From: Patescibacteria group bacterium
Lineage (GTDB): Bacteria; Patescibacteriota; Patescibacteriia; UM-FILTER-42-10
Direction of reading: 5' to 3'
Length of the DNA stretch: 64,000 bases
NCBI GenBank assembly: GCA_041664365.1
Contig: JBAYKW010000007.1
Coordinates: forward strand, 434 to 64,433
Below, piece after piece: positions 48,830 through 58,650 of this stretch (its first letter is position 1; every line of letters starts with the position of its first letter). The notes under the pieces are model-generated. The model was given only the letters and a program-made list of their open reading frames with translations. It did no database searches and was not told the DNA's origin. A program made the translations under genes and the position numbers.

Positions 48830-50114
48830 TCAAATCATTGTAGCACTTAAAAAAAAGATAGAAGAAATTTCTGCATATGAAGGGGTTGATGCGGAAACTC
48901 AACGCAACTCAATAAAGGAATACCTACAGTTTTATGTGCTTAATTTTATTTATCACCATCCAGAATACAGCAACTGGATTATGTATGGAGGTTCAGCGCT
49001 TCGCATTTGTCATGATCTTAATAGGATGTCGGTTGATTTAGATTTTGAGGTTAATCACGTAATCACAAACGATTTTCTGGAAAAACTGAAGGTAGAAATA
49101 GCCGTCCATTTTGAAAATATATATAATATCGATTCTAGTTCTCTTAGTATTGGGATTACAAATAATAGGGGTGTCACATTAAAATTTCATATAGGAGAAG
49201 AGCTCGGTTTGGGGTTTGCTTCTAAGCAGGTGCATATAAAAATCGATCTAAATCATTTTGTCGCACCAAAAACGGTAGTTGTAGAGCACATACCAAAGAA
49301 CGAGAATCAACTTTCGTTTGTAATTAAAACGTATAATTTATCCGCGCTCATGGCAAGTAAAATTGCCGCAATTTTTCTACGAGGGCCACGTGGAGTTGGT
49401 AGGGTGGTACATGAAGAAAAAGGACGTGATATATATGATCTGCTTTGGTATATGAATAAAAAAATTGTACCTGATTTGGATTACTTATCCGCCAAAGATA
49501 TTAAGTTTGCAGATCCAAAAGAACTATTCAATAATATTACCATTAAGATATTAAACAATCCAAAAACAGATGTAAATCTTAAACATGATTTAACCCCTCT
49601 TTTTATGGATCAAGCCTTTATAAATAATTGGCTCATTAATTGGAGGGATAGTTATCTACAATATCTCAAAGACTATAGAATTCATACCGTATCCACTCTC
49701 GAAAAAATAAGTATAACCCAAGAATTTCATACTGACATATTTTATTTTATATATTGGTATAATATTGAAGATGGAAATCAAGCGAGAATCATATTTCGTA
49801 TTAGTGATTATTGGATTGAATATGGGGAAGGGGATTTAGCAGTCAAGGTTAGTGAAAAAGTAAAGAGGCTGTGTGAATTTAATAGTAATGGATGGACAAG
49901 CCATCCTCCGTCGCAGGATAAATTAATGGAATATGCCGAGCTATTTTACCAAAAGATTGAGCGGTATCTTAAAAAAACAAACCACATAATGCTGGGTGAA
50001 ATTATTACTACTAAACTAATACGGATGACTACTGATCATTTAAACCAGCAAGAACAAATATTATTAAATAAGTCCGCTCTACTTTCTTGTGAATTAGATG
50101 ATTTATTAAAATAA
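48822..50114 (+). CDS. Type IV TA toxin, AbiEii-like nucleotidyltransferase with C-terminal extension
   Basis: GGSAL, RMSVDLDF, ASKIAA, KGRDIYDL. Confidence 0.88.
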   Translation: MDNQIIVALKKKIEEISAYEGVDAETQRNSIKEYLQFYVLNFIYHHPEYSNWIMYGGSALRICHDLNRMSVDLDFEVNHVITNDFLEKLKVEIAVHFENIYNIDSSSLSIGITNNRGVTLKFHIGEELGLGFASKQVHIKIDLNHFVAPKTVVVEHIPKNENQLSFVIKTYNLSALMASKIAAIFLRGPRGVGRVVHEEKGRDIYDLLWYMNKKIVPDLDYLSAKDIKFADPKELFNNITIKILNNPKTDVNLKHDLTPLFMDQAFINNWLINWRDSYLQYLKDYRIHTVSTLEKISITQEFHTDIFYFIYWYNIEDGNQARIIFRISDYWIEYGEGDLAVKVSEKVKRLCEFNSNGWTSHPPSQDKLMEYAELFYQKIERYLKKTNHIMLGEIITTKLIRMTTDHLNQQEQILLNKSALLSCELDDLLK

Positions 50115-50123
50115 ATTATTATT

Positions 50124-51137
50124 GTGAATAAAATATTAAACAAACTAGCTAAGGAACTGAGTTTCCAAACCGGCCGTTACATGCTCTCGCCGGAGTTCTT
50201 AAGTTTGGTGATCACCATGAAATGCAACTTCAAATGCCAATCCTGTTCGATCTGGCAGAAACCGTTTGAGAAAGAATTGGAGCAAGAAGATTGGGTAAAG
50301 ATTATTGAAAAATTGACTCACACATTAAAGCCGAATACTTTCGTAGAAATCAATGGCGGAGAGCCGTTAATCAGAAAAGACCTAGTAATATTTTTAATCA
50401 AGGAATTAAAGAAACATTTTAATAAAGTTGCATTGAACTCCAACGGATTACTGGTAAATGAAACAAACTTGGATGAATTGAAACAGGCCGGTTTAGATCT
50501 GATTAAGATATCACTCTACAGTTTAGAGGAAGAAGTACATAATAGTATGCGCGGGCACAGTCTGGCCTTTCAGCATGCTAAAAGAGCGGTAGAACTGATT
50601 ACCCAAAAGCAGATTCCACTTGAAATTGGTTTGTTAGTTACAACGAAAAATATTAAAACTGCTCCGGCACTTATTCAGTATCTTCAAAAATTACCGAACA
50701 CTTCAATCATTCTTCAACCTTTGGATGAAAAAATTGAATCAGCGGAATCAAAAGACCAGAAGGATAATAATCTGATTCCTGACCTTTGGCCGGAGAAAGA
50801 AGATGTGGTCAGTTTCTTCGACTGGGTGGAAAAACATAACCAGGGTATCAAGAATTCCTTGCCCAATATTAAAGCGATACGCCAGTATTATTTGAACCCA
50901 CCCGACATATTGAAATACCGTTGTTTTGCCGGGCAAAGGAATCTGGTGATATATCCAGGTGGAGATGTTGCGTTTTGTTTTAAAAGGAAAGCGATTGGCA
51001 ATATAAACAATCAAGACATAGAATTAATGTTAAAAAATGCCTCTGGTGAAAGAAAGCAGATAAAATATTGTCAGATCGTGGGTTGTAATTTTTCGCGCGG
51101 ATTAAAGGAAGCAATCCACGACAGAATTACGAAATAA
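50124..51137 (+). CDS. Radical SAM protein with C-terminal Cys domain
   Basis: CNFKCQSC, GGEP, NSNG, CFAG...C. Confidence 0.9.
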   Translation: MNKILNKLAKELSFQTGRYMLSPEFLSLVITMKCNFKCQSCSIWQKPFEKELEQEDWVKIIEKLTHTLKPNTFVEINGGEPLIRKDLVIFLIKELKKHFNKVALNSNGLLVNETNLDELKQAGLDLIKISLYSLEEEVHNSMRGHSLAFQHAKRAVELITQKQIPLEIGLLVTTKNIKTAPALIQYLQKLPNTSIILQPLDEKIESAESKDQKDNNLIPDLWPEKEDVVSFFDWVEKHNQGIKNSLPNIKAIRQYYLNPPDILKYRCFAGQRNLVIYPGGDVAFCFKRKAIGNINNQDIELMLKNASGERKQIKYCQIVGCNFSRGLKEAIHDRITK

Positions 51138-51205
51138 AATTAAATAAATAGCATAAATCCCTCATTAGCGAGGGATTTTTTAGATTAATATGTTAGTCTT
51201 AATAA

Positions 51206-52018
51206 CTAGTTGTCTGGATAGATAACTATCATGACTCTCCGACCATTTGTTGGGTCGCCGTTGTTCCAATCATGAGTGGCATTGATCAGAACATCCGGAT
51301 CATAGACATAGTCGTGTCCTTTGCGGGTGCCGGGGTCATTGGTAATAATCTGTGTTTCCGTCCAGCCTTTAACCACCAGCGCGTGATAGAGCGGACCCGG
51401 TTGTTTAAAATTCGGATTGCCAAGCTCGCGTCCTGCGGAGAGCAGAATCACTGGTTTTCCTTGAGCAACTTGTTGTTTAATGTCATTAATTGTGATGTCA
51501 TAAACTACATCCACTCTTTTGTAATGGTAAAAATCTTTGATCAACTGAGCGGTTTCTTCCGCGGAAGTACTTTTATAATCGCCATATTGGACATTTTGAA
51601 AATCTACCAGCGCGAGCAGCTCATTGTCGGCGGTTTGAGTGTCTTCAAACGGTTTGTTTTCGTAAAAACGATGTACCATCAAAAGCGCCGCTTCTTCGCA
51701 AGTGTCTTCGTGAATTTCATCCCAATTTGCAAGCGGGGCTTGTGAAGTAAAGGGTACATCGAGATTGAGTGTTTTTGGTATGTTAATTGCGACATTTGCA
51801 TTTACTTGATTCAAGTTGACATTAGCAGAATTGGTATTTCGGTTTTCGTTTGACGCCTTCGTGTTTGTATTGGCTGAAATATCATTATATGAAACAGCAT
51901 CAGGTACCGGTTCTTCAAACTGCTCTTTAACCCAATCAGAAACCGGCACGCGGTACCAGTAAAGTACGGCGAGTAATGCGGTGATGATAATTATGCTGAT
52001 GAATAATTTTTTCTTCAT
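51206..52018 (-). CDS. Membrane-anchored C39-like peptidase
   Basis: VPFTSQAP, CEEA, HALVVKG, TNDPG. Confidence 0.82.
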   Translation of the reverse strand: MKKKLFISIIIITALLAVLYWYRVPVSDWVKEQFEEPVPDAVSYNDISANTNTKASNENRNTNSANVNLNQVNANVAINIPKTLNLDVPFTSQAPLANWDEIHEDTCEEAALLMVHRFYENKPFEDTQTADNELLALVDFQNVQYGDYKSTSAEETAQLIKDFYHYKRVDVVYDITINDIKQQVAQGKPVILLSAGRELGNPNFKQPGPLYHALVVKGWTETQIITNDPGTRKGHDYVYDPDVLINATHDWNNGDPTNGRRVMIVIYPDN

Positions 52019-52050
52019 GGTTTTTTGATTGGATCAGGAAGGTTACTACA

Positions 52051-53619
52051 TCATGACCGCTTTGTCAAGCCACTAAGGCGCGTAAACCAGGAACGGACGA
52101 TAGTTGTGTTTTCATCACGCAGGGCATTGCTTACCAAAAAATAAACGAATGCACCGATTAAAACCCCGCTGATGATTTGGATAATCCCCGTCAATGTTCC
52201 GGCTGTGAAAGCGGAACGGAACCACCACAAATAAACGGAGAGAATAGCTGACATAGCCAGCGTGGCAATAATACTGGTACGGGTAGTTGTGATGAAAGAG
52301 GCAATATGGAATCCCTGTACGCGTTTATGGAGGATTAGTAATAGTAATGTTAATTGCAATGCATTCGCAATAGCAAATCCAAGTGGAAGTCCCGCAACGC
52401 CGATCCATTTTGTGAAGGCAAGCGCGCTGACGATATTAGTGGCGGTCATTGCCAGAGAAATTAAGAGCGGAGTCTTGGTATCAAGTTGAGCATAAAATGC
52501 GCGTAGCAGCAGATGGACGACGCTTTCTAAAGGTGTTACCAGGCAGAAGACGCCGAGCGTGAAAGCGGTGGCACGCATGTTGGCATCTGTGAATTGCCCA
52601 CCACTAAAAAGCACATCCGTTATCTCGAAGCGGAGTAGGAACATACCTACGCCAGCCGGCAAGGTAAAAAAAAGGATCCGGGAAAATGTACGGCGGATAT
52701 GTTCCACAAATTTTGGCCAGTCACGGGTACTGGCGGTATCGGTTAGTGTCGGTGAAACAGCGGTGGCCAGCGCAATCCCGAATAAACTGACGGGTAGACT
52801 TTGCAAATTTCTGGAAAGATTAAAAACGGCGATACTGCCGACTGCGAGTGTTGATGCAATGGCATTCCACGCCCAGAGATTTGCCTGAACCGCCATCAGA
52901 TTAATCATGCGCGGGACCATCAGCGTGCCGATCTTGCGGAGTGCCGGGTGTTTTAAATCCAGAATGGGAGTATAACGATATGGTGTGCGGATCAGTTCCA
53001 CAAATCTAAACAGCAGATGCAAAAAAGCACCCGCAATAGTGCCGATAACAGCGGCATGGATGCCGAATTTTTCACTGAATATTAATAGGCCACCAACAAT
53101 ACCGATATTATAAAAAACGGGGGAAAAAGCATAACTGGCAAACCGTTTCATGGAAACTAGGATTGAACCGAATGCATTGGAAAGTGAAAAAAGCAGTGGC
53201 GAGAGCAGCATCAGGCGGGACAGTTCGACGGTAAGCGTTCTTTGTTCACCGTCAAATCCTGGCGCCACCAGTCTGATCAGCACCGGCATCAAAAAGAAAA
53301 CGATTACTGAAAGTATGGTCAGGACAATCGCTGTAAGGTTGAGTACTGTGTTTGCAACACGAAATGCTTCAGAGTTTTGTTTGCGCGCAGTGATATCGGT
53401 CAGGACCGGCATCAGTACCGAAAGAGAAACACCGGCAAATAAGAGATTGGCAATAACATCCGGGATGATAAACGCGGTGTTATATGCATCAAGCGCGGCA
53501 CCGGCGCCGAATGTCGAAGCCAGAAGGCGGTCCCGAAACAAGCCAAGTAGATAACTCAGTAATGATGCTGCGCCCAAAACTAAAGCGCCTCGGGTAATGG
53601 ATTGTGATTTCAATTGCAT
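52051..53619 (-). CDS. murJ: Lipid II flippase MurJ
   Basis: LGLFRD, DAY..AF.IPD, LPVSLFG, RAFYA..DTKTP. Confidence 0.93.
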   Translation of the reverse strand: MQLKSQSITRGALVLGAASLLSYLLGLFRDRLLASTFGAGAALDAYNTAFIIPDVIANLLFAGVSLSVLMPVLTDITARKQNSEAFRVANTVLNLTAIVLTILSVIVFFLMPVLIRLVAPGFDGEQRTLTVELSRLMLLSPLLFSLSNAFGSILVSMKRFASYAFSPVFYNIGIVGGLLIFSEKFGIHAAVIGTIAGAFLHLLFRFVELIRTPYRYTPILDLKHPALRKIGTLMVPRMINLMAVQANLWAWNAIASTLAVGSIAVFNLSRNLQSLPVSLFGIALATAVSPTLTDTASTRDWPKFVEHIRRTFSRILFFTLPAGVGMFLLRFEITDVLFSGGQFTDANMRATAFTLGVFCLVTPLESVVHLLLRAFYAQLDTKTPLLISLAMTATNIVSALAFTKWIGVAGLPLGFAIANALQLTLLLLILHKRVQGFHIASFITTTRTSIIATLAMSAILSVYLWWFRSAFTAGTLTGIIQIISGVLIGAFVYFLVSNALRDENTTIVRSWFTRLSGLTKRS

Positions 53620-53628
53620 AAAAATTGG

Positions 53629-55569
53629 TTAGCGGACGACGACTCCGGCATTGCCGAAAATGCCCCAGTCCTGTTCGAAGCGGGCCTTGGTCCAATAAAT
53701 TTGCCCGGCATAAGTGTCATTTAAAATAATCTGAGTTGGGTTATCTTTATTACCGACGTAGCCGATGACGGTGCGGGCATGTTCGCCCTTCCAGGCATAG
53801 ATATATTTTCCGGCGGGTGTGTGCCAGGAATCTTCATAGCCGGAGCCATAAACTCCCCACACAACAACCGCGTTGCCTTTGCTGATTTCTTCCGTGATTT
53901 GTGTCACAGTCCAACCGGTAAAGGCCTCAGAGGGACGCCAGTGGTTGGCTGCGCGGGCAATTGGGTCCCAATAGACACCGTAGCCGGAGGTATTCTGTCT
54001 ACCGCGGATATCGCCGACAAAAGCTTCATATGGATCACCCCAAGTTGCGCCGGAGTGTGGTGTAGTATCGTAACCGACATAGGCCATAATGTCGCTTTCT
54101 GAGACAGAAACTCCTTTACCAGCCAGCGCCATTTTCAAGGCGGCGGCCTCGCAGGATAAAGGTAAATCCTGCAGGTCGCTTGCGATAGTAAGCTTCACTA
54201 CTTCCGGTTCTGTTGTGAAAGAATATGATAAATCTTTTGTTAGATCGAGCCCGTGCACACTTACTATGCCACTTTTTAAATTCAGTTTATAGGTTGAATT
54301 ATTCTGGAAAGCGTCTGATGGCTGGATAATCATCGTGTTCCCTTCCCAGCGAAAGGTAAGTGGTATACTTGGTTCAAGTGTAATATGTGCTTCGGCTGAC
54401 ACATGATCTACTTCCTGATTAAATGCGATTCGAATTCCGCTTTTACTCCCAACTCCGGTGGCATTGTTCCCCGGAGATGTACGGAGTACTTTAATTTCTC
54501 CAATGGTTGTAAATTTATATGAAAGAGGTTCTTCGAGATAGCCACCACCTTGAGTTTTTGTATCAGCTTTGATCATAACTTCATAATCGGTTCCGTAAGC
54601 TAATTTTGCAGCAGGGGTGACAGTTACAACTGTGGCATCTTCAGAAAGTGTGATGCTAGGGTTGATGTCCGGCGTGACTGATAAATTCGCGCGCAAGGAT
54701 TCCAAGTCCATTGCTTTGGTAAATGTAACAGAAATCGGTGTGTCAATAAAAACCGCTTTCCCAGTTGGAGTCGATTCAGCTATTAGTGGTGGCGCGATTG
54801 TCTTAAAAGCGCCGTCATACATTTTTTCTGGCTCACTGCGATGCACGATTTCGCGGGTTGAAATATCACGAGATACGCTAACCCTGAAAACAGTTAAATT
54901 ATATCTTGTTGATTGCTCAAGCGGTTCAGTCGGTGTGAGTGTATATAGATTTTTTGTTTCATTAATTGTTTCTAGAAAAGCAATTTCCGGATCGAACACA
55001 AACTCGAATTCAGCGATATCAGGGTTCGGTTCGGTCAGTTCAATGGTAATTGGGGTAGCTGGTGAAATGTTTTGTGAACGTATTTCAGGGAATACCGCAA
55101 AAATATCCGGCAGGGGTCTTGTTGTAAATTGAAAAGTGGATGAACTTGTTTTACCTACCGGAAGCGGGCTTTGAATATTTTTTAAATCAACTTGATAAGT
55201 AGTCCCCGCAAGTAGTGTGTGGTTTGGTACAAAACGGATGCGCCGGAAAAAACGTCGGTTGAATAAAGGCGCTTCAAAATGCCACTCACCTTCAATATCG
55301 GGTGAAAGGGAAACTGAAAGCGTCTGCCGATCTACCGGACGGCTGAAATCAATAACAATTGATGTAGAAAGGTCTATGTTTTCAGAAGCTTGCGGACTAA
55401 CCTGCGTAATTGTCGGGGTGAATAAAAAGTTTCTTGCCAGGAAAATAAAAAGTACCAGCACGACTGCAAGTACTCCAAAAATAATAATTGCTCGTGAACG
55501 TAAAAAATTTAGATATTTTTTATTGGCTATATATTTATTCTTTTTATCCTCGGTAAAATTCTGCAGCAT
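53629..55569 (-). CDS. Surface protein with four Ig-like (Big_5-type) repeats and C-terminal C39-like peptidase
   Basis: Repeated P....V....I.I.F...(M/V)D...L..GT.Y....FTT; SCEAA, EHARTVIG, LND. Confidence 0.82.
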   Translation of the reverse strand: MLQNFTEDKKNKYIANKKYLNFLRSRAIIIFGVLAVVLVLFIFLARNFLFTPTITQVSPQASENIDLSTSIVIDFSRPVDRQTLSVSLSPDIEGEWHFEAPLFNRRFFRRIRFVPNHTLLAGTTYQVDLKNIQSPLPVGKTSSSTFQFTTRPLPDIFAVFPEIRSQNISPATPITIELTEPNPDIAEFEFVFDPEIAFLETINETKNLYTLTPTEPLEQSTRYNLTVFRVSVSRDISTREIVHRSEPEKMYDGAFKTIAPPLIAESTPTGKAVFIDTPISVTFTKAMDLESLRANLSVTPDINPSITLSEDATVVTVTPAAKLAYGTDYEVMIKADTKTQGGGYLEEPLSYKFTTIGEIKVLRTSPGNNATGVGSKSGIRIAFNQEVDHVSAEAHITLEPSIPLTFRWEGNTMIIQPSDAFQNNSTYKLNLKSGIVSVHGLDLTKDLSYSFTTEPEVVKLTIASDLQDLPLSCEAAALKMALAGKGVSVSESDIMAYVGYDTTPHSGATWGDPYEAFVGDIRGRQNTSGYGVYWDPIARAANHWRPSEAFTGWTVTQITEEISKGNAVVVWGVYGSGYEDSWHTPAGKYIYAWKGEHARTVIGYVGNKDNPTQIILNDTYAGQIYWTKARFEQDWGIFGNAGVVVR

Positions 55570-56479
55570 CTTCTGGTGAAACGGAATTAATAATTACACC
55601 TGATCCAATTTCCACACCCGCCCAGATTGACCCCCGCGGGGTTATTTTCAGATATAGATGCTGGTCTTCATCATTGATAACCTGATGGAAATAGTAGTTG
55701 TAAGGAAGCCCCAGTTCCGCAACTTTGAGTAAAACCTTTTTCAAGATCTTGGCAAATGACATTCTCTCCGCGCTGGTTAAAACTGTAATATTATCCAGAT
55801 GACGTTTGGGCATAATCCAGATTTCGTAGTTGTGGATGGAAGCATAAGGAGTAAAGGCAATTACGTTTTTATCTTCAAAGACAAAACGTGGTCCTTTGCG
55901 TTCTTCCTTTATTACATCACAATAGACACAAGTTCCTTTTTCCAGTTTATACTCCTGGGTTTTTTGCGATTTATCCATGAGGTGCGGGGGGAGAAATTCG
56001 GTGGCGAATACCTGTGAATGAGCGTGGGCGACTGACTGCCCCGCTTTTCCGCCGTCATTTTTGAAGATTAATATATATTTGATTTTATCCAGTTTTGAAA
56101 TTTCGTAAGTCCGTTCCGCATAAACGTCAAATAGTTTTTTAATGTGGCTTTCCGGCAGATATTCCAGTTCAGTCGCGTGATCCGGTGTTTCAATCACTAA
56201 TTCCTGAACGCCGTAGGCATTAGGATTGTCCAAAGTTACGGCCGGGAATTTATTTTTTAGTGTCAGGAGCGACCAGTTTTTCCCCTGTCCGTCATATTTT
56301 CTGATGATCAAATCCTTTTCAATATTTTCCGGGCAGAAAACACATTTTTTCTCCCTGGTTATTTTACTGACAATCTGTTCAAAATCATGCGGGCGATTTC
56401 CCCGGCGGGGTGCAATGATCACATATTTATCTTGGATGTAATCTTTTCTTATTTCAGATTTTTGGACGTTTTCGCTCAT
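55544..56479 (-). CDS. GalT-like HIT sugar-1-phosphate nucleotidyltransferase
   Basis: R..RP, CVFCP, NKFPA, AGQSVAHAHSQ, CVYC, E.GSG..IN...PE. Confidence 0.85.
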   Translation of the reverse strand: MSENVQKSEIRKDYIQDKYVIIAPRRGNRPHDFEQIVSKITREKKCVFCPENIEKDLIIRKYDGQGKNWSLLTLKNKFPAVTLDNPNAYGVQELVIETPDHATELEYLPESHIKKLFDVYAERTYEISKLDKIKYILIFKNDGGKAGQSVAHAHSQVFATEFLPPHLMDKSQKTQEYKLEKGTCVYCDVIKEERKGPRFVFEDKNVIAFTPYASIHNYEIWIMPKRHLDNITVLTSAERMSFAKILKKVLLKVAELGLPYNYYFHQVINDEDQHLYLKITPRGSIWAGVEIGSGVIINSVSPEDAAEFYRG

Positions 56480-56484
56480 GGTAA

Positions 56485-57960
56485 TTATTTTGAATTTAAT
56501 GATTTTTCGTATAGTTCAATATATTTTTGCGCCGACTGAGTCCAGGAGAAATCCTGATTCATGCAATTAACCACCAATCTTCGCCAGAGTTTTTTATCCT
56601 GATAAATTTGCAGAGACTTTTTGGTAACGGCCAACAGTTCGTCGCTTTGATAGTTCTGGAATACAAACCCGGTTCCGGTTCCTAACCCTGCATTGTAATT
56701 CTGGACGGAATCCTTTAACCCGCCGGTAGCTCTGACAATCGGTACAGTTCCGTAACGCATGGCGATCATTTGTCCGAGACCGCATGGTTCAAATCGGGAA
56801 GGCATGAAAAACAGGTCGGATGCGGCATAAATTTCCTGTGCCAGGTCAGCTTTAAATCCAATTACTACCGCCACCTTTTCCGAATGCTTTTCCGCTTCCG
56901 CTTTCAGTTTTTCTTCCAGCACCGCTTCGCCGGTTCCTAAAAAGACCATCTGTACTTCCAGTGTAGCAAGTTCATCAATGATTTCAAGAATCAGATCCAA
57001 TCCTTTTTGGTCAGTCAGCCTGGAAACCATGCCAATTACCGGAATTTCTTTATTCTCAGGCAAATTGACGGCTTTTTGCAGGATCAGCTTATTGTCATCC
57101 TTTTTCTCGATATCCTTAATAGAATAATTTATTTTAATTTGCGGATCCTTCGCCGGGTTGAAATGGTCCTGGTCAATGCCATTTAAAATTCCATATAAAT
57201 CTTCTTTTCTTTTCGCCAACGTCCCTTCCAATCCTTCGCCAAATTCTTCCGTGAGAATCTCTTTCGCGTAAGTTGGGCTGACGGTATTGATGATATTGCT
57301 GTTCAAAATCGCCTGTTGCAAAAAGTTTATGTCATTGTTTTTACCGAACCGTTCACTCAAAGTCGGCCAGTCTTTTTCGGTAACCCCCAGCTTATCAAAT
57401 ACTTTTTCCGGTGAGCACTTCCCCTGGAAGGCCAGATTGTGGATCGTAAGTACGGTAGGGAAGTCCGGTCGTTCCTTTTCTTTGCTGTGCAGTATTTTAA
57501 TCATCGGGATCATAATGCTGGCATGCCAGTCATGACAATGGATTACATCCGGCGTCCATTTCAGCGATCCGAACAGTTCTAAAACCGAACGAGCAAAAAA
57601 TGTGAAACGTCTGGTTTCCTTGCCGAAGTCTCCGCCGATGTCGCCGTAATAAATATCATTTTCCCCCAGAATCTCCGGATGGTCGACGAAATAAACTGGG
57701 ACAGAGCTGTTTGGTAAATTAGTCTTCCAGATGCTGACATTTTCTTCTTTGTTTTTGAAAGGGATGCTGACATTTTCCACAATTTTTTTAAGTCCATATT
57801 TTTTTTCATCAATTACGCCGTATTTTGGCATGATCACCCGGACGTCAATCCCCAGTTGCTTCAAAGCTTTTGGCAGTGCTCCCACCACATCGGCTAATCC
57901 GCCCACTTTGGCAAAAGGAGTAATTTCAGATGCGACGAACAGAACTTTTATTTTTTTCAT
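56485..57960 (-). CDS. glgA: Glycogen synthase
   Basis: KVGGLADV, HCHDWH, TIHNLAFQG, MPSRFEPCGL. Confidence 0.95.
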   Translation of the reverse strand: MKKIKVLFVASEITPFAKVGGLADVVGALPKALKQLGIDVRVIMPKYGVIDEKKYGLKKIVENVSIPFKNKEENVSIWKTNLPNSSVPVYFVDHPEILGENDIYYGDIGGDFGKETRRFTFFARSVLELFGSLKWTPDVIHCHDWHASIMIPMIKILHSKEKERPDFPTVLTIHNLAFQGKCSPEKVFDKLGVTEKDWPTLSERFGKNNDINFLQQAILNSNIINTVSPTYAKEILTEEFGEGLEGTLAKRKEDLYGILNGIDQDHFNPAKDPQIKINYSIKDIEKKDDNKLILQKAVNLPENKEIPVIGMVSRLTDQKGLDLILEIIDELATLEVQMVFLGTGEAVLEEKLKAEAEKHSEKVAVVIGFKADLAQEIYAASDLFFMPSRFEPCGLGQMIAMRYGTVPIVRATGGLKDSVQNYNAGLGTGTGFVFQNYQSDELLAVTKKSLQIYQDKKLWRRLVVNCMNQDFSWTQSAQKYIELYEKSLNSK

Positions 57961-57965
57961 AATTT

Positions 57966-58631
57966 TTATTCACCCCAATTAGGTAATTGTTTAGCGTCTT
58001 TGGCGAGAGTTTCAGTTTCTTCCCCGGTCTGCATATTTTTTATTTTATCACCAACCCATTTATTCCCGTCGAAATATTTCAGTTTTTGGGAGATCGGTCC
58101 TACTTCCGGCTTTTCAGGATTCTGTCCCTGTTCCAGGATTTCGGTTGCTTCAATCAGGATTCTTCTGCCGTCGCCGAAGTCTTTGTAAACATCTCTGGTT
58201 ATTTTCCAGGAATGTCCGGCGTCAACTCCAGATTCGATTTTTCCGGTCTGAGTTTTGCTGTCTCCTTCACCGTACTGTGTGTTAATACGCCACTGATTTT
58301 CGTGTTTAGGGTCACCTACCTGTGTTGAAAGTGTCTGACCTAATTCTTCTATTTGTCTTCCCTGATCATCATAGCCGAAGAATTGCTGACGATGACCCGC
58401 TAAAGTGTCCGGTGAAGGTTCTTGATCCTTTTGATACCAACGCTCTTCACGATGGAGTACATTGCCATTAGCATCAACCATCTCCTTTTTTAGGGGTTGC
58501 CCATTTTCAGTTTGCTTTACCCTCTCCTGCATTCCATCCGTTAATTCCGGTGGTTCAAATACATTAAAATTGATTTTTGATTCATCTGATTCTCCAGGGT
58601 CTCCTCCTGGAAGGAATTTACTATCATTCAT
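57966..58631 (-). CDS. Hypothetical acidic protein
   Basis: 221-aa ORF in operon orientation; YD-like YDDQGRQIEE segment. Confidence 0.6.
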   Translation of the reverse strand: MNDSKFLPGGDPGESDESKINFNVFEPPELTDGMQERVKQTENGQPLKKEMVDANGNVLHREERWYQKDQEPSPDTLAGHRQQFFGYDDQGRQIEELGQTLSTQVGDPKHENQWRINTQYGEGDSKTQTGKIESGVDAGHSWKITRDVYKDFGDGRRILIEATEILEQGQNPEKPEVGPISQKLKYFDGNKWVGDKIKNMQTGEETETLAKDAKQLPNWGE

Positions 58632-58650
58632 ATATTTTAATTAAGATTTA

